Counted from the first letter of the stretch, positions 17,329 to 28,491 are shown. The stretch is DNA of 36,880 bases from Polyangiaceae bacterium (GCA_044222475.1 JBGANF010000081.1:1-36880); one strand, 5' to 3'. Numbers and translations: made by a program. The notes: generated from the sequence alone by a model not told the origin.

Positions 17329-18543
17329 ATGGTGCAGCACCGCTTCCTTCCCGTTCTTGGTGTCTCCCTCACCGTCGCGATCATCTCGGGTGCATCCACG
17401 GGGTGTCGCCGCGTCATCGCCGAGCCGACGGGGGATCCCCCGCTTGCCGACGCCGGGCTGCGCCGCTCCGACGTCCTCACCGCGTTCGGCGCGTGCGCCT
17501 ACGATCTCGCGCGCGACTTCCGCGAGCGCGCCGAGATCCTCGAGCGTCGAACCTCGACCTACGCGGGCGCGCCGACGAACGAGAACCAAGCCGTCGCCCG
17601 CGCGGCGTGGGAGGACGCGATTGATCTCTGGGAGCGCGCCGAGGTCTTCCAGTTCGGTCCCGCTGCGCCGATCGGCGCGCCCGGCGGACAGGATCTGCGG
17701 TCGCAGATCTACTCGTGGCCCGCCGTGAGTCGGTGCACGATCGAGCAAGGCTTGGTCGGAAAGACGTACGACACGCCGACGTTCGCCGACGTCTCGACTG
17801 CGGCGCGCGGCCTGTACGCGGCGGAGTACCTCCTCTTCTACGGAGGCACCGACAACGTCTGTGGCCCGACCTCCGCGATCAACACGAACGGAACCTGGGC
17901 CGCGCTCGGCGCGACCGGGCTCCGCGATCGCAAGGCCGGATACGCTCACGCCATCGCGCTCGACCTCGTCACGCGCGCGCGCACGCTCGAGGCGCAGTGG
18001 TCGCCATCCGGCGGCGCGTTCGGCCGCGAGCTCACGAACGCCGGCGGAACGACCGGGATCTTCGCGACGCAGCAGCTCGCGTTCAACGCGGTGAGCGACG
18101 CGCTCTTCTACGTCGAGATCGCCACGAAGGACATGAAGCTCGGCAAGCCCAGCGGCCTGCGCGACTGCACGACCGAGACGTGCCCCGAGGCACTCGAGTC
18201 GCCGTGGGCGAAGCGATCGAAGCATCACGTCCGCGAGAACCTGGTGGGCGGGCGCACGCTCGTCTTCGGCTGCGACGCCGGCGGTCAGATCGGCTTCGAC
18301 GACCTTCTCCGCGCGATGGGGCAGGGCGCCGTCGCCGATCGCCTGGCGGTCGCGTTCGACGAGGCGATCGCGGCGGTCGACGCGATCCCGGACGCCGACC
18401 TCGACGCCACGCTGACTCGCGATCCCTTGGTCGTGCGCGCGCTCTACGTCGCGGTGAAGAAGATCACCGACATCCTCCGAACGGACTTCGTCACTCTGCT
18501 CGATCTCGAAATTCCCAAGGTGATCGAGGGCGACAATGATTGA
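17329..18543 (+). CDS. Imelysin-family lipoprotein
   Basis: ARAAWEDA...FQFGPA, IYSWP, RGLYAAEYLLF, MKLGKP, ESPWA, C-terminal EGDND; AGGAG RBS. Confidence 0.88.
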   Translation: MVQHRFLPVLGVSLTVAIISGASTGCRRVIAEPTGDPPLADAGLRRSDVLTAFGACAYDLARDFRERAEILERRTSTYAGAPTNENQAVARAAWEDAIDLWERAEVFQFGPAAPIGAPGGQDLRSQIYSWPAVSRCTIEQGLVGKTYDTPTFADVSTAARGLYAAEYLLFYGGTDNVCGPTSAINTNGTWAALGATGLRDRKAGYAHAIALDLVTRARTLEAQWSPSGGAFGRELTNAGGTTGIFATQQLAFNAVSDALFYVEIATKDMKLGKPSGLRDCTTETCPEALESPWAKRSKHHVRENLVGGRTLVFGCDAGGQIGFDDLLRAMGQGAVADRLAVAFDEAIAAVDAIPDADLDATLTRDPLVVRALYVAVKKITDILRTDFVTLLDLEIPKVIEGDND

Positions 18544-19906
18544 CGGCACCGCGATTCGCACCTGGCTCGCGCGCGAGACCGACGCCGCTGCGCTCGCGGC
18601 GTACCGCGTCGCGTTCGGCCTGATGATGACGGTGAGCGCGCTCCGCTTCCTCCACTACGGCTGGGTCGACGAGCTCTTCGTCAAACCGAAGTTCTTCTTC
18701 AAGTACTGGGGTCTCGCCTGGGTGCCGGTTCCCTCGGCGGACGGCGTCCACGCGATCTTCTGGGGACTCGCTGCGCTCGGCGTGCTCATCGCCGTCGGCC
18801 TCTTCTACCGCGCCGCGATGGCGACGTTCTTCGTCCTCTTCGCCTGGGTCCAGGCGATGGACGTGACGAACTACCTCAACCACTACTACCTCGTCGCGCT
18901 CCTCGCGCTCCTCATGACGACGATGCCGCTCGGTCGCACGTGGGGGCTCGACGGCGTGCTCTTCGGCGGCAAGCGAACGACGCTGCCGTACTGGTGCACC
19001 GCGATCCTGCGCTTCCAGGTCGCGGTCGTCTACCTCTTCGCCGCGCTGGCGAAGGCCACGCCCGACTGGCTGCTTCACGCCGAGCCGCTCCGGATTTGGC
19101 TCGCGGCGCGCACCGGTCTACCCATCCTTGGTCCGCTCTTCGCCCTCCCCGGCGCGGCGTACGTCATGAGCTGGTCCGGGTTCTTGTATGATGCAACCAT
19201 CTGGGCGTTCTTGCTCCGTCGCCGGACGCGCCGCTTCGCCTATGTGGCCGTGCTCGGCTTCCACGCAATGACGAGCGCGCTCTTTCCCATCGGGATGTTC
19301 CCCGTGATCATGGCAGTCACCGCGCTCGTCTTCTTCGAGCCCGACTGGCCGCGTCGGGTTCTGCGTCGTGTTCGGCTCGCGTGCGCCGTCGCGCCGCCTC
19401 CGGCTTCATCGCTGCGCCCGCTTCGCCCGTGGGCGCTCGCCGTCCTCGCCGCCTACGCGGCGCTCCAGCTCCTCGTGCCATTGCGCGCGTTCGCCTACGG
19501 CGGCAACGTGCTCTGGCACGAGCAGGGGATGCGCTTCTCGTGGCGCGTGATGTGCCGGGAGAAGAACGCGTCGGTCACGTATTGGGTCGAGGACAAGCAG
19601 ACCCACCGGGTCTGGGTCGCGACGCCGAAGGCGTACCTCACCGATCGCCAGTTTCGGGAGTTCGGCGCCCAGCCGGATCTCGTTCTCCAACTCGCGCACC
19701 ACGTCGCCGCCGACTACCGCGAGCGCACAGGCCACGAGGTCGCGGTGCGCGCCGAGGTGCGCGCTTCGCTCAACGGGCGCCCGGCCGAGCTCCTCCTCGA
19801 CGACGGCCGCGACCTCGTCTCGGTGGACGACGGCATCGGCCCGGCCGATTTCGTGCGCCCTTCGCCGAAGACGCCGCCCGCGCACGTCGAGCCGGTCGAT
19901 GGCTAG
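18536..19906 (+). CDS. HTTM / vitamin K-dependent gamma-carboxylase-like membrane protein
   Basis: YRVAFG, YLNHYYL, YLFAALAK..PDWL, IGMFP, GMRFSWRVM, QPDLVLQLAH, SLNGRP. Confidence 0.9.
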   Translation: MIDGTAIRTWLARETDAAALAAYRVAFGLMMTVSALRFLHYGWVDELFVKPKFFFKYWGLAWVPVPSADGVHAIFWGLAALGVLIAVGLFYRAAMATFFVLFAWVQAMDVTNYLNHYYLVALLALLMTTMPLGRTWGLDGVLFGGKRTTLPYWCTAILRFQVAVVYLFAALAKATPDWLLHAEPLRIWLAARTGLPILGPLFALPGAAYVMSWSGFLYDATIWAFLLRRRTRRFAYVAVLGFHAMTSALFPIGMFPVIMAVTALVFFEPDWPRRVLRRVRLACAVAPPPASSLRPLRPWALAVLAAYAALQLLVPLRAFAYGGNVLWHEQGMRFSWRVMCREKNASVTYWVEDKQTHRVWVATPKAYLTDRQFREFGAQPDLVLQLAHHVAADYRERTGHEVAVRAEVRASLNGRPAELLLDDGRDLVSVDDGIGPADFVRPSPKTPPAHVEPVDG

Positions 19907-22100
19907 TCGCGTCCACGGCGTGGGGCTCGCGCTCGCGTGGGTCGTCGTGACGACGAGCGCGCTCGCCGATCCTCCGCCAGCGGATCCGCCCCCGCCGAAG
20001 AAGAAGGACGACGTGAGCGACGTCGTCATCGTGGGCACGAAGTCGTCGCGCTTGGCGGGTTCGGCCTACGTCCTCCGCAAGGACCAGCTCGACCGCTTCG
20101 CCCACGACGACCCTCACCGCGTGCTGCTCCAGGTGCCGGGAGTCTACGTTCGCGGCGAAGACGGCTTCGGCCTCCGTCCCAACATCGGCATGCGCGGGGC
20201 GAACCCCGATCGCTCCAAGAAGGTGACGCTGATGGAGGACGGCGTCCTGTTCGGCCCGGCGCCGTACTCCGCGCCGGCCGCGTACTACTTTCCGCTCATC
20301 GGTCGCATGGAGACGGTGCGCGTCTTCAAGGGACCGGGCGCGCTCCTCTACGGCCCACAGACCGTCGGCGGTGCGATCGACTTCATCACACGCACCGTTC
20401 CGACCACCGGCGCGATCGGCTCGCTCGACGTCGGATACGGGGCGTTCGGTTTCCGCAAGGCCGACCTCTCCGTGGGTTGGGGCAACGAGCGCTTCGGCTT
20501 CGTGCTCCAAGGCGCCCACGTTGGCTCCACCGGCTTCAAGCACGTCGACGGCTCGAACGAGGACACCGGGTTCTCGCGCAACGAGTGGATGGCGAAGGCG
20601 CGCTTCGTCCCCTTCGCCGACGACAAGGCGCAGAACACGTTCGAGCTCAAGGTCGGCTACTCCGACGAGGTCTCGCGCGAGACCTACCTCGGCTTGACCG
20701 ACGCGGACTTTCGCGCGGACCCATACCGTCGCTACGCCGCGACCGCGGGGGACGTGATGCGCTGGACGCGGACCCAGCTCGAGCTCACTCATCGCGCACG
20801 CCTCGCGCGAACGCTCGACGTCGTCACCACGTTCTACACCCACGACTTCTCGCGGGACTGGGATCGCTTCCAGGATCTCTCGTTCGCGAGCGCGGCCGAC
20901 GTCCTCGCGAACCCGCGCTCGAACGGCATCGCGTACGGGATGCTCCGCGGCGTCGTGGACTCTCCGACGGACGCGCAGGTCGTGATCCGCGGCCCGAACG
21001 ATCGCCGCTTCAACGCGACCGGACTCCAAACGGCGCTCCGGTGGACCCCACAGGTCGGTCCGGTCGCGAACAAGATCGAGCTCGGGTTCCGCATCCACGG
21101 CGACGGCATCACCCGGCTGCACGGTCGGACCGACCTCCTGGTCTCCGGTGGCGCGTTCGTTCCTGCGCCACGCCCGAGCTACGTCGGCGCCGACAACGAC
21201 GCGTCCGCGGTCGCGGTGACGATGCACCTCGTCGACGCGATGACGTGGAATCGATTCGCCCTGACGCCCGGCGTGCGAATCGAGTCCATCCGCTCGCGCT
21301 ACGTCGATCGACTCGGCGGAACGTCGACCTCGGGCTACGACCTCGCCGTCCTGCCCGGAGTGTCGGGCCTCGTGCTGGTGACGAAGGACTTCGGCGTCCT
21401 CGCGGGGGTCTACCGCGGCTTCAGCCCGGCGGCGCCCGGCGACCCGGAGCAGAAGCACGAGTCCTCGGTGAACTACGAAGCGGGAGCGCGCTGGGCGAGC
21501 AAGGCGTTTCGCGCCGACTTGATTGGCTTCTACAACGACTACTCGAACATCACCTCGGTCTGCAGCGAGTCGAGCGGCTGCCTCGAGCAGAACGTGGATC
21601 GCCAGCTCTCGGGTGGCTCTGCGCGGATCGCGGGCGTCGAAGCGTTCTTCGAGGCCGCACCAACCCTCGCCGCCGATCTCAAGCTCCCGATGCGTGCATC
21701 ATACACGTTTACCTGGGCAGAGTTTCTCCATGACTTCGTCGCCGAAGATCCCACGTGGGGACGGGTCCGCGCGGGCGACGAAATCCCGTACGTCCCGCTC
21801 CACCAGCTCTACGCTCAGATCGGTCTCGAAGGACCGACGTGGGGCTTCAACGTCGCGGGAACGTACGTCGGCGACATGCGCGAGAAGCCCGGCCAAGGCG
21901 CGGTCTTCGCGCGCGACCTCACCGACGCCTACTTCCTGCTCGACGTGGGCGCGAGCTACAAGCCGCGCAAGTGGTTCTCGATCTACTTCGTCGGGCGGAA
22001 CATGCTCGACGAGGAGTACATCGTCGCTCGGCGACCGTTCGGCGCGCGCCCCGGCGCGCCGCGAATGGTCCAGTTGGGGATGCGCTTCGAGTTTCGCTGA
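19899..22100 (+). CDS. TonB-dependent receptor (FecA-like)
   Basis: Plug motif EDGFGLRPNIGMRG, VFKGPGALLYGPQTVGGAIDFIT; C-terminal RPFGARPGAPR...RFEF. Confidence 0.93.
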   Translation: MASRVHGVGLALAWVVVTTSALADPPPADPPPPKKKDDVSDVVIVGTKSSRLAGSAYVLRKDQLDRFAHDDPHRVLLQVPGVYVRGEDGFGLRPNIGMRGANPDRSKKVTLMEDGVLFGPAPYSAPAAYYFPLIGRMETVRVFKGPGALLYGPQTVGGAIDFITRTVPTTGAIGSLDVGYGAFGFRKADLSVGWGNERFGFVLQGAHVGSTGFKHVDGSNEDTGFSRNEWMAKARFVPFADDKAQNTFELKVGYSDEVSRETYLGLTDADFRADPYRRYAATAGDVMRWTRTQLELTHRARLARTLDVVTTFYTHDFSRDWDRFQDLSFASAADVLANPRSNGIAYGMLRGVVDSPTDAQVVIRGPNDRRFNATGLQTALRWTPQVGPVANKIELGFRIHGDGITRLHGRTDLLVSGGAFVPAPRPSYVGADNDASAVAVTMHLVDAMTWNRFALTPGVRIESIRSRYVDRLGGTSTSGYDLAVLPGVSGLVLVTKDFGVLAGVYRGFSPAAPGDPEQKHESSVNYEAGARWASKAFRADLIGFYNDYSNITSVCSESSGCLEQNVDRQLSGGSARIAGVEAFFEAAPTLAADLKLPMRASYTFTWAEFLHDFVAEDPTWGRVRAGDEIPYVPLHQLYAQIGLEGPTWGFNVAGTYVGDMREKPGQGAVFARDLTDAYFLLDVGASYKPRKWFSIYFVGRNMLDEEYIVARRPFGARPGAPRMVQLGMRFEFR

Positions 22101-22115
22101 ACGATCCAGCCTCGG

Positions 22116-22604
22116 CTACGCAGCGGTCGCGGGCGACGCGGCGAGTAGCTCGCCGAGCTTCGGGAACTCGGTCTTCACGTGGGCGTCCAGGGCGCGCGCG
22201 AACTTCGGCGTGACGTAGAGCCGGATCAGCGGATCGAAGATCCTCCCGGCGCCGGCCAAGCCGGCCTCCACGGTGTGGGTGATCGTCACGCCGTCGGCGT
22301 CGTCCTCGAGCTCGAGGACGAGCCGCCCCGGCAGGCGGACCACCGTACCGAGCTGCCAGACGAGCTTCTTGCCCGGCACGATCTCGGTCACCACGCCGGT
22401 CATGCGGAGCCTGCGATCACCGATCATCTCGTCCATGGAGACGATGCTCCCGAGACCGCTCGGATCCCCCTCGGTCACTCGCATGTGCAGGTGCGTCCCG
22501 GGCCACCACCGCTGGTACGCGGCGTCGTCGCAGTGGAGCAGGTACTCGATGACCTGAGCCCCGCGGAGGTTCGGCACCCACGTCTTGGACTGCACGGTGA
22601 TCAT
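22116..22604 (-). CDS. SRPBCC-family protein
   Basis: YQRWWPGTH, VTEIVPGKKLVW, C-terminal helix; start at 22604 preferred over 22640. Confidence 0.65.
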   Translation of the reverse strand: MITVQSKTWVPNLRGAQVIEYLLHCDDAAYQRWWPGTHLHMRVTEGDPSGLGSIVSMDEMIGDRRLRMTGVVTEIVPGKKLVWQLGTVVRLPGRLVLELEDDADGVTITHTVEAGLAGAGRIFDPLIRLYVTPKFARALDAHVKTEFPKLGELLAASPATAA

Positions 22605-22715
22605 GCCCAGAGCCGTAGCAATCGAGGTGCCAGCGTCCACTCCGCGGCGCGCCCGCTCAGCGAGGTGCGATCGCGCGCAGACCGTGCGTCCTCGCGCGTC
22701 GCTTGCCGGACGTCC

Positions 22716-23405
22716 TCAGTGAGCGGCCTTGCTCTTCGGACACGCGACCTTCTTGCCCCCGGCGCCTCTGCACGTGGCCCACTCCGCGGTGCCGGCCACG
22801 TCGTCGATGTCCTTTTGCAGCGCGCACAGCGCGGCTGGCGGCATGGGCAGGACCGACGGGCGATCGGGGAAGTCGCACGATGCGTACTCGGAGACGCTGA
22901 AGGTCTGCCCGCTCCACGTCGCCGATACCGTGTTGGTACCGCGATCGGTGATGGCGTATCGGTACATCGCGTCCCACCCGAAGAAGCCGTTGGTCTTGAG
23001 CCGATCGAAGAGCGCGCGCGCCTTGGCCGCGTTCACTTTCTTGGTCTGACGGCCGAACACCCGAACGAACGAACGCCCGTCGTAGGTGACCTGTCCGTCC
23101 GCGCGCAGCGTGACGGTGTACTCCGGGCACGCTTCGAGACAACCGGTCCGCTCCAGGCTCAGCTCCGCCGTGTCGGGGATGGGGCCGTCGGAGAGGCGCG
23201 GCGCGGACGCCGTCGCCGCCGCCGTCGCCGTTGCCGTCACGGTCGGCGCCGCGCTCTCGACCGTCGCCGGCGGTGCCGCGGTGGTCGGCGTCACCGACGA
23301 CGCGTGGTACGGGACGAGCTTCTCGCCGGTGCTCGAGGACGACGGTTTGTCGCACGCCGCCATCGCGAGGACGAGGGTCGAGAGGCACACGCGCAGCGAG
23401 ACCAT
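22716..23405 (-). CDS. Lipoprotein with DUF6438-like domain
   Basis: MAAC lipobox-like; LSLERTGCLEACPEYTVTLRADGQVTYDG. Confidence 0.75.
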   Translation of the reverse strand: MVSLRVCLSTLVLAMAACDKPSSSSTGEKLVPYHASSVTPTTAAPPATVESAAPTVTATATAAATASAPRLSDGPIPDTAELSLERTGCLEACPEYTVTLRADGQVTYDGRSFVRVFGRQTKKVNAAKARALFDRLKTNGFFGWDAMYRYAITDRGTNTVSATWSGQTFSVSEYASCDFPDRPSVLPMPPAALCALQKDIDDVAGTAEWATCRGAGGKKVACPKSKAAH

Positions 23406-23431
23406 GGCCCATGGTGCCACAGGTCAGTCGT

Positions 23432-24457
23432 TCAATTGCACTCCGGCGGCGGCGACGGCACGAGCTTCGTCATGCGGGCTTGGTAGTCGGCGCAGCCGAG
23501 TAGATCGTCGGGGAGCTCGGGCGGCGGCGAATCGTCGTCGACCGGCGGAAACATCCTCGCGACCGCGGCCACGCAGCGCTTCATCCGATCGCAGATCGCC
23601 TCGACCCGCGGAAGCCTCCGTGCGTCCTGGAACCAACGGCCGGCCAACACCATCAAACGACCCTCGGTGCAGCCGAGCGTGAACTCGATCGTCTCCCAGT
23701 CCTTCACGTCGATGCGAAGCCCCGATACTTCGTCCGAGATCCACTCGCCATCCTCGAGCCCGATCCATCGCGCGGGTCGTTGGTTCCATCGCCCGGTCGC
23801 GGTCTTCATCGAGATGCGATCGACGTCTGCGCACACGATCGATCCAGCCGGCGTCGGCGCAGCGTCGCCGGCGACGGGGCACTCGCCGGCGCTCGGCACC
23901 GCGGTGGCGACGAGGAAGCACTCTTGGAACCGGATGGGGAGGTCCTTCCGTTTCGGTTGCTCCTCGGGCGCGGGCACCCGACCCTCGGCGCGCAACCGAT
24001 CGCACAGCGCCGATCGGGGCGAGCCCGCGCACAAGGAGGCCTGCAGCGCCATGTCGTCGCACGCGTCGAGCGCGCCGCGGTGGCAGCTCGCATCGAGGAG
24101 ATCGCCGGCGCGCACCTGATCGCGCCCCGACTGATCCCACAGGAGCGCGTGCCCGAGGTGCGCGCACCCGCACCTCGGGTCGGCGCGGCAGCGAGCCTCG
24201 AGCTTCACGCGGACGAGCGCGCCGTCCCCCGCGGCGAGGCCGGTCTTCTCCGCGAGCGCGGCGCACGCCGACGCGACGTCCTCGCCGCACCGCTCGCGGA
24301 GCAGATCGACCGTCGCGTCCGCCACGAGGGGCTCCGAGTCGTTGCAGTCCACGGTCGCCACCCCAACTGCCGGCCGCCAATCGCTCGCCGACTTCGCCGG
24401 TGCGCGGGCGCACGCCACGACGATGACGGTCGCGAGGACGGACCATCCACGGCGCAT
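23432..24457 (-). CDS. Cys-rich lipoprotein with Sel1-like helical repeats
   Basis: VVAC lipobox; RCGEDVASAC, ASCHRGALDAC repeats. Confidence 0.6.
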   Translation of the reverse strand: MRRGWSVLATVIVVACARAPAKSASDWRPAVGVATVDCNDSEPLVADATVDLLRERCGEDVASACAALAEKTGLAAGDGALVRVKLEARCRADPRCGCAHLGHALLWDQSGRDQVRAGDLLDASCHRGALDACDDMALQASLCAGSPRSALCDRLRAEGRVPAPEEQPKRKDLPIRFQECFLVATAVPSAGECPVAGDAAPTPAGSIVCADVDRISMKTATGRWNQRPARWIGLEDGEWISDEVSGLRIDVKDWETIEFTLGCTEGRLMVLAGRWFQDARRLPRVEAICDRMKRCVAAVARMFPPVDDDSPPPELPDDLLGCADYQARMTKLVPSPPPECN

Positions 24458-24491
24458 GGCGCTTGGACCGTCTCGGTGCGAGGGGCTTGGG

Positions 24492-25811
24492 TCAGTCCTC
24501 TCGACGGTCGAGGACGGCGCGGGCCTTCTCGAGATCGAGCTCGCCCTCCCACTTCGAGACCACGAGCGTCGCCACCGCGTTGCCGACCATGTTCGTCAGC
24601 GCTCGCGCCTCGCTCATGAAGCGATCGATGCCGAGCAGCAGCGCGAGCCCGGCGACCGGGATCGTCCCGGTCGCCGCGAGCGTCGCTCCCAGCGTGATGA
24701 ACCCGCTCCCGGTGACCCCGGCCGCGCCCTTCGACGTCAGCAGAAGCACACCGAGGAGGAAGATCTCGTCGCCCAGGCTGAGCTTCACGTCGAGCGCCTG
24801 CGCGACGAAGATGGAAGCCATCGTGAGGTAGATGCACGTACCGTCGAGGTTGAAGCTGTACCCCGTTGGGACGACGAGACGGACGATCTCCGGTTTGCAC
24901 CCCAGCTTCTCGAGCTTGGCCATGAGCCGCGGCAGCGCCGTCTCGGACGACGACGTGCCGAGGACGAGGACGAGCTCCTCGCGCAAGTACCGGAGCAGCT
25001 TGAAGATGCTGAGGCCGAGGTACCGGAGGACCAACCCGAGGACCACGATCACGAACAGCAGCGCCGTCGCGTAGAACGTAGCCATCAGCTCGGCGAGGTT
25101 GCCCAGCGTCCCGAGCCCGAATTTCCCGATGGTGAAGGCCATCGCGCCGAACGCGCCGATCGGCGCGAGGCGCATGACCATGCCGACGATCGCGAAGAAC
25201 ACGGTGCTCGTCTGCTCGAGCAGCGTCACGAGAGGCTTCGCCCGCTTGCCGAGCGCGCCCAGCGAAATCCCGGTGAGGACCGCGAGCACCAGCACCTGGA
25301 GCACGTCGCCGCTGGTGAACGCGCCGAGGAACGTGTCCGGGACCAACGCTTGGAGGTGCTCGACGATGCCGTGGGGGTGGGGAAGGGACAGCGTCTTGTC
25401 GAGATCCTTGGTGTCGATCTGGTGGACGTCGACGTGGAGCCCGCGCCCCGGTCCGACGAGGTGCACCATCGCCATCCCGACGATCAACGCGACGGTGCTC
25501 ATGAGCTCGAACCAGAGGACCGCCTTGCCGCCGACGCGCCCCGTCTTCTTCAGGTCGCCCATGCCGGCGATGCCGACCGCGACCGTCGTGAACACGATCG
25601 GTCCGATGAGCATCTTGATGAGCTTCACGAAGCCGTCGCCGAGCGGCTTCATCGCCGCTCCGGTGTGGGGGAAGAAGCGCCCGACGATCACGCCGATGGC
25701 GATCGCCGCGAGCACCTGCACGTACAGGCTCGGCATCCGCCACTTCTGCGGCTTCTCGGTCGCGGACTCCGCGCTCTCGGGAGTTTCGACTTCGTTCTCG
25801 GGCTCGCTCAC
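24492..25811 (-). CDS. dctA: C4-dicarboxylate:H+ symporter
   Basis: LYVQVL, FVKLIKMLIGPIVF, LGTSSSE, PTGYSFNLDGT, GIDRFMSEARALTN; GTG overlaps lysR stop. Confidence 0.93.
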   Translation of the reverse strand: MSEPENEVETPESAESATEKPQKWRMPSLYVQVLAAIAIGVIVGRFFPHTGAAMKPLGDGFVKLIKMLIGPIVFTTVAVGIAGMGDLKKTGRVGGKAVLWFELMSTVALIVGMAMVHLVGPGRGLHVDVHQIDTKDLDKTLSLPHPHGIVEHLQALVPDTFLGAFTSGDVLQVLVLAVLTGISLGALGKRAKPLVTLLEQTSTVFFAIVGMVMRLAPIGAFGAMAFTIGKFGLGTLGNLAELMATFYATALLFVIVVLGLVLRYLGLSIFKLLRYLREELVLVLGTSSSETALPRLMAKLEKLGCKPEIVRLVVPTGYSFNLDGTCIYLTMASIFVAQALDVKLSLGDEIFLLGVLLLTSKGAAGVTGSGFITLGATLAATGTIPVAGLALLLGIDRFMSEARALTNMVGNAVATLVVSKWEGELDLEKARAVLDRRED

Positions 25812-26743
25812 TTGCTGCCCTGCGTCTTGCACGCCGCTTCGGCGGCGCCGACGGCGCTCGCGAACTCGGCGGCGAGGTGGTCGGCGAGGAGCGAGACGCG
25901 CTTGGGGAGGAACCGCGACGAAGGAAACACCAGGTGGCCGCCGACCGACGGCGACGAGTACTTCGGGAGCACCGGGACGAGCGCCCCGCGCTCGAGCGGC
26001 TCGTAGATGAGGAACGTCGGGAGGAACGCGATGCCCGCTCCTTCGACCGCGGCGCGGCGGATGAAGCTCAGGTCGTCGCCGCCGAGCCTCCCACGCGCCT
26101 CGAAGGTCTCGGGCCCGTTCGGCCCGGTGAGGGTCAGCTGGGCGACGCCCGATGGGTGCCGAAAGAGGACGAAGTCGTGGCCGGCGAGATCGGCGACGCG
26201 TTTCGGTGTCCCATGTTGGGACAAGTAGCGCTTGCTCGCGACGAGGATCGACCGCCCGCCGGGGAGCTTTCGCGCGACGAGCGACGAGTCGGGGAGGCTG
26301 CCGAAGCGCAGCGCGAAGTCGACGCCTTCGGCGACGAGGTCGACGTAGCGCGAGGTCGCGATGACGTCGACCCGGATGTCGGGGTACTTCGCGGCGAAGC
26401 GGACGAGGATCGCCGGCAGCATCGCCTCGCAGAGGTCGACCGGGGCCGTGAACCGCACGAGCCCGCGGGCGGCGTCGCCCATGTCGCGCGCGGTCTCGTT
26501 CGCTTCGGTGATGCTCTCGAGGGCGCGCGCGGCCTTTGCGGCGTAGGCGCGCCCGGCATCGGTGGGCTGGAGGCGGCGCGTCGTGCGGTGGAGCAGACGC
26601 ACGCCGAGCGCGTCTTCGAGCGCTTGCACGCGCCGGCTGACGGCCGACTTGGCGATCCCCAGGCGGGCGGCGGCTTTGGTGAAGCTTTCGCTCTCGACGA
26701 CGGCGAGGAAAGCCGACACGTCGTGGAGATCGACCGTGCTCAT
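25808..26743 (-). CDS. LysR family regulator (CrgA-like)
   Basis: [48 protein letters not shown]. Confidence 0.93.
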   Translation of the reverse strand: MSTVDLHDVSAFLAVVESESFTKAAARLGIAKSAVSRRVQALEDALGVRLLHRTTRRLQPTDAGRAYAAKAARALESITEANETARDMGDAARGLVRFTAPVDLCEAMLPAILVRFAAKYPDIRVDVIATSRYVDLVAEGVDFALRFGSLPDSSLVARKLPGGRSILVASKRYLSQHGTPKRVADLAGHDFVLFRHPSGVAQLTLTGPNGPETFEARGRLGGDDLSFIRRAAVEGAGIAFLPTFLIYEPLERGALVPVLPKYSSPSVGGHLVFPSSRFLPKRVSLLADHLAAEFASAVGAAEAACKTQGSK

Positions 26744-26787
26744 GTCCGCGGAGCATACACGGACCCGTCTTTGGTACAGTGCCCGCC

Positions 26788-28482
26788 GTGACCATCGAGA
26801 AGAGCGCCGATCAGCCGGGAAATTTCGTCGACGACATCGTGAAAGCGGACGTGGCCGCAGGAAAGCACGGCGGGCGCGTGCTGACGCGGTTCCCGCCGGA
26901 GCCGAACGGGTACCTCCACATCGGCCACGCGAAGTCGATCTGCCTGAATTTCGGCCTCGGTCTGGCCCACGGCGGCAAGACGAACCTCCGCTTCGACGAC
27001 ACGAACCCGGAGACGGAAGACGTCGAGTACGTCGAGTCGATCAAGGCGGACGTGAAGTGGCTCGGCTTCGACTGGGAGGATCGCCTGTTCTTCGCGAGCG
27101 ACTACTTCCCGAAGCTCTACGAGTACGCGATCAAGATGATCGAGGACGGCGTCGCCTACGTCGACAGCCGCAGCGACGAGGTGATCCGCGAGACCCGCGG
27201 CGACTTCCACAAGGCCGGGACCGACAGCCCTCACCGAAACCGCACCGTGGCCGAGAACTTGGACCTGTTCCGCCGCATGAAGGCCGGCGAGTTCCCCGAC
27301 GGCGCCCACGTCCTGCGCGCCAAGGGCGACATGGCGAGCACCGACGTGAAGATGCGCGACCCGCTCATGTACCGCATCCGCCACGCGAAGCATCACCGCA
27401 CCGGGGACGCGTGGTGCATCTACCCGATGTACGACTGGGCACACGGCCAGAGCGACCACATCGAGGGCGTGACCCACTCGATCTGCACGCTCGAGTTCGT
27501 CAACCACCGGCCGCTCTACGACTGGTTCCTCGATCGGATCGGCGCTGTGCGCGGCGCGCGACCAGAGCAGATCGAGTTCGCGAAGCTGCAGATCACCTAC
27601 ACGGTCCTGTCGAAGCGTCGCTTGCAGCAGCTCGTGCAGGGCAAGCACGTGAACGGCTGGGACGATCCTCGCATGCCGACGATCGCCGGGATGCGCCGTC
27701 GGGGCTTCACGCCGCAGGCGCTGCGCGCGTTCTGCGATCGCATCGGCGTCTCGACGCGCGACAGCGTGGTCGACATCGCGTTGCTCGAGCACACCCTGCG
27801 TGACGACCTCAACGCGACCAGCCCGCGCGTGATGGCGGTCGTGCGGCCGCTGAAGGTCACGATCGAGAACTTCCCCGAGGGCGAGGTGCTCTGGCTCGAC
27901 GCGCTCTACGATCCCGAGAAGCCCGAAGGGCCTTCACGCAAGGTGCCGTTCACGCGCGAGCTCTACATCGAGCGCGAAGACTTCATGGAGGTGCCGGCGA
28001 AGAAGTGGTTCCGCCTGGCGCCCGGCGCCGAGGTGCGGCTGCGGTACGCGGCGCTCGTGACGTGCAAAGAGGTGAAGAAGGACGCGGCAGGGAACGTGAC
28101 CGAGCTCGTGTGCACGTGGGACCCGCAGTCGAAGGGCGGGGCGCCCGCCGACGGTCGAAAGGTGAAGGGCACCATCCACTGGGTGAGCGCGGCGCACGGC
28201 GTCCCTGCCGAGATCCGCCTCTACGATCGGCTGTTCGCGGTGGAGAACCCGCTCGCCGGGGAGGACAAGGATGCGTGGCTCGGGCACATCAACCCGGGCT
28301 CGCTGGAGGTCGTCCGGGGCTTCGTGGAGCCGAGCCTCACCGATGCGGCGGCGCTCGCGCGCTACCAGTTCGAGCGGGTGGGCTACTTCGCCGTCGACCC
28401 GGACTCGAAGCCCGGGGCGCTGGTCTTCAACCGGACGATCTCGCTCAAGGACTCCTGGACCGCTCAGTCTCAGAAGGCCTGA
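26788..28482 (+). CDS. glnS: Glutamine--tRNA ligase
   Basis: [47 protein letters not shown]; start 26788 (alternative 26779). Confidence 0.97.
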   Translation: MTIEKSADQPGNFVDDIVKADVAAGKHGGRVLTRFPPEPNGYLHIGHAKSICLNFGLGLAHGGKTNLRFDDTNPETEDVEYVESIKADVKWLGFDWEDRLFFASDYFPKLYEYAIKMIEDGVAYVDSRSDEVIRETRGDFHKAGTDSPHRNRTVAENLDLFRRMKAGEFPDGAHVLRAKGDMASTDVKMRDPLMYRIRHAKHHRTGDAWCIYPMYDWAHGQSDHIEGVTHSICTLEFVNHRPLYDWFLDRIGAVRGARPEQIEFAKLQITYTVLSKRRLQQLVQGKHVNGWDDPRMPTIAGMRRRGFTPQALRAFCDRIGVSTRDSVVDIALLEHTLRDDLNATSPRVMAVVRPLKVTIENFPEGEVLWLDALYDPEKPEGPSRKVPFTRELYIEREDFMEVPAKKWFRLAPGAEVRLRYAALVTCKEVKKDAAGNVTELVCTWDPQSKGGAPADGRKVKGTIHWVSAAHGVPAEIRLYDRLFAVENPLAGEDKDAWLGHINPGSLEVVRGFVEPSLTDAAALARYQFERVGYFAVDPDSKPGALVFNRTISLKDSWTAQSQKA

Positions 28483-28491
28483 TCGAAGGAA

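Noticed and set aside
24492..26795. 767-aa ORF read as an extended DctA
   Set aside because: The upstream half is an Arg-rich shadow frame of lysR; DctA begins at about 25811.
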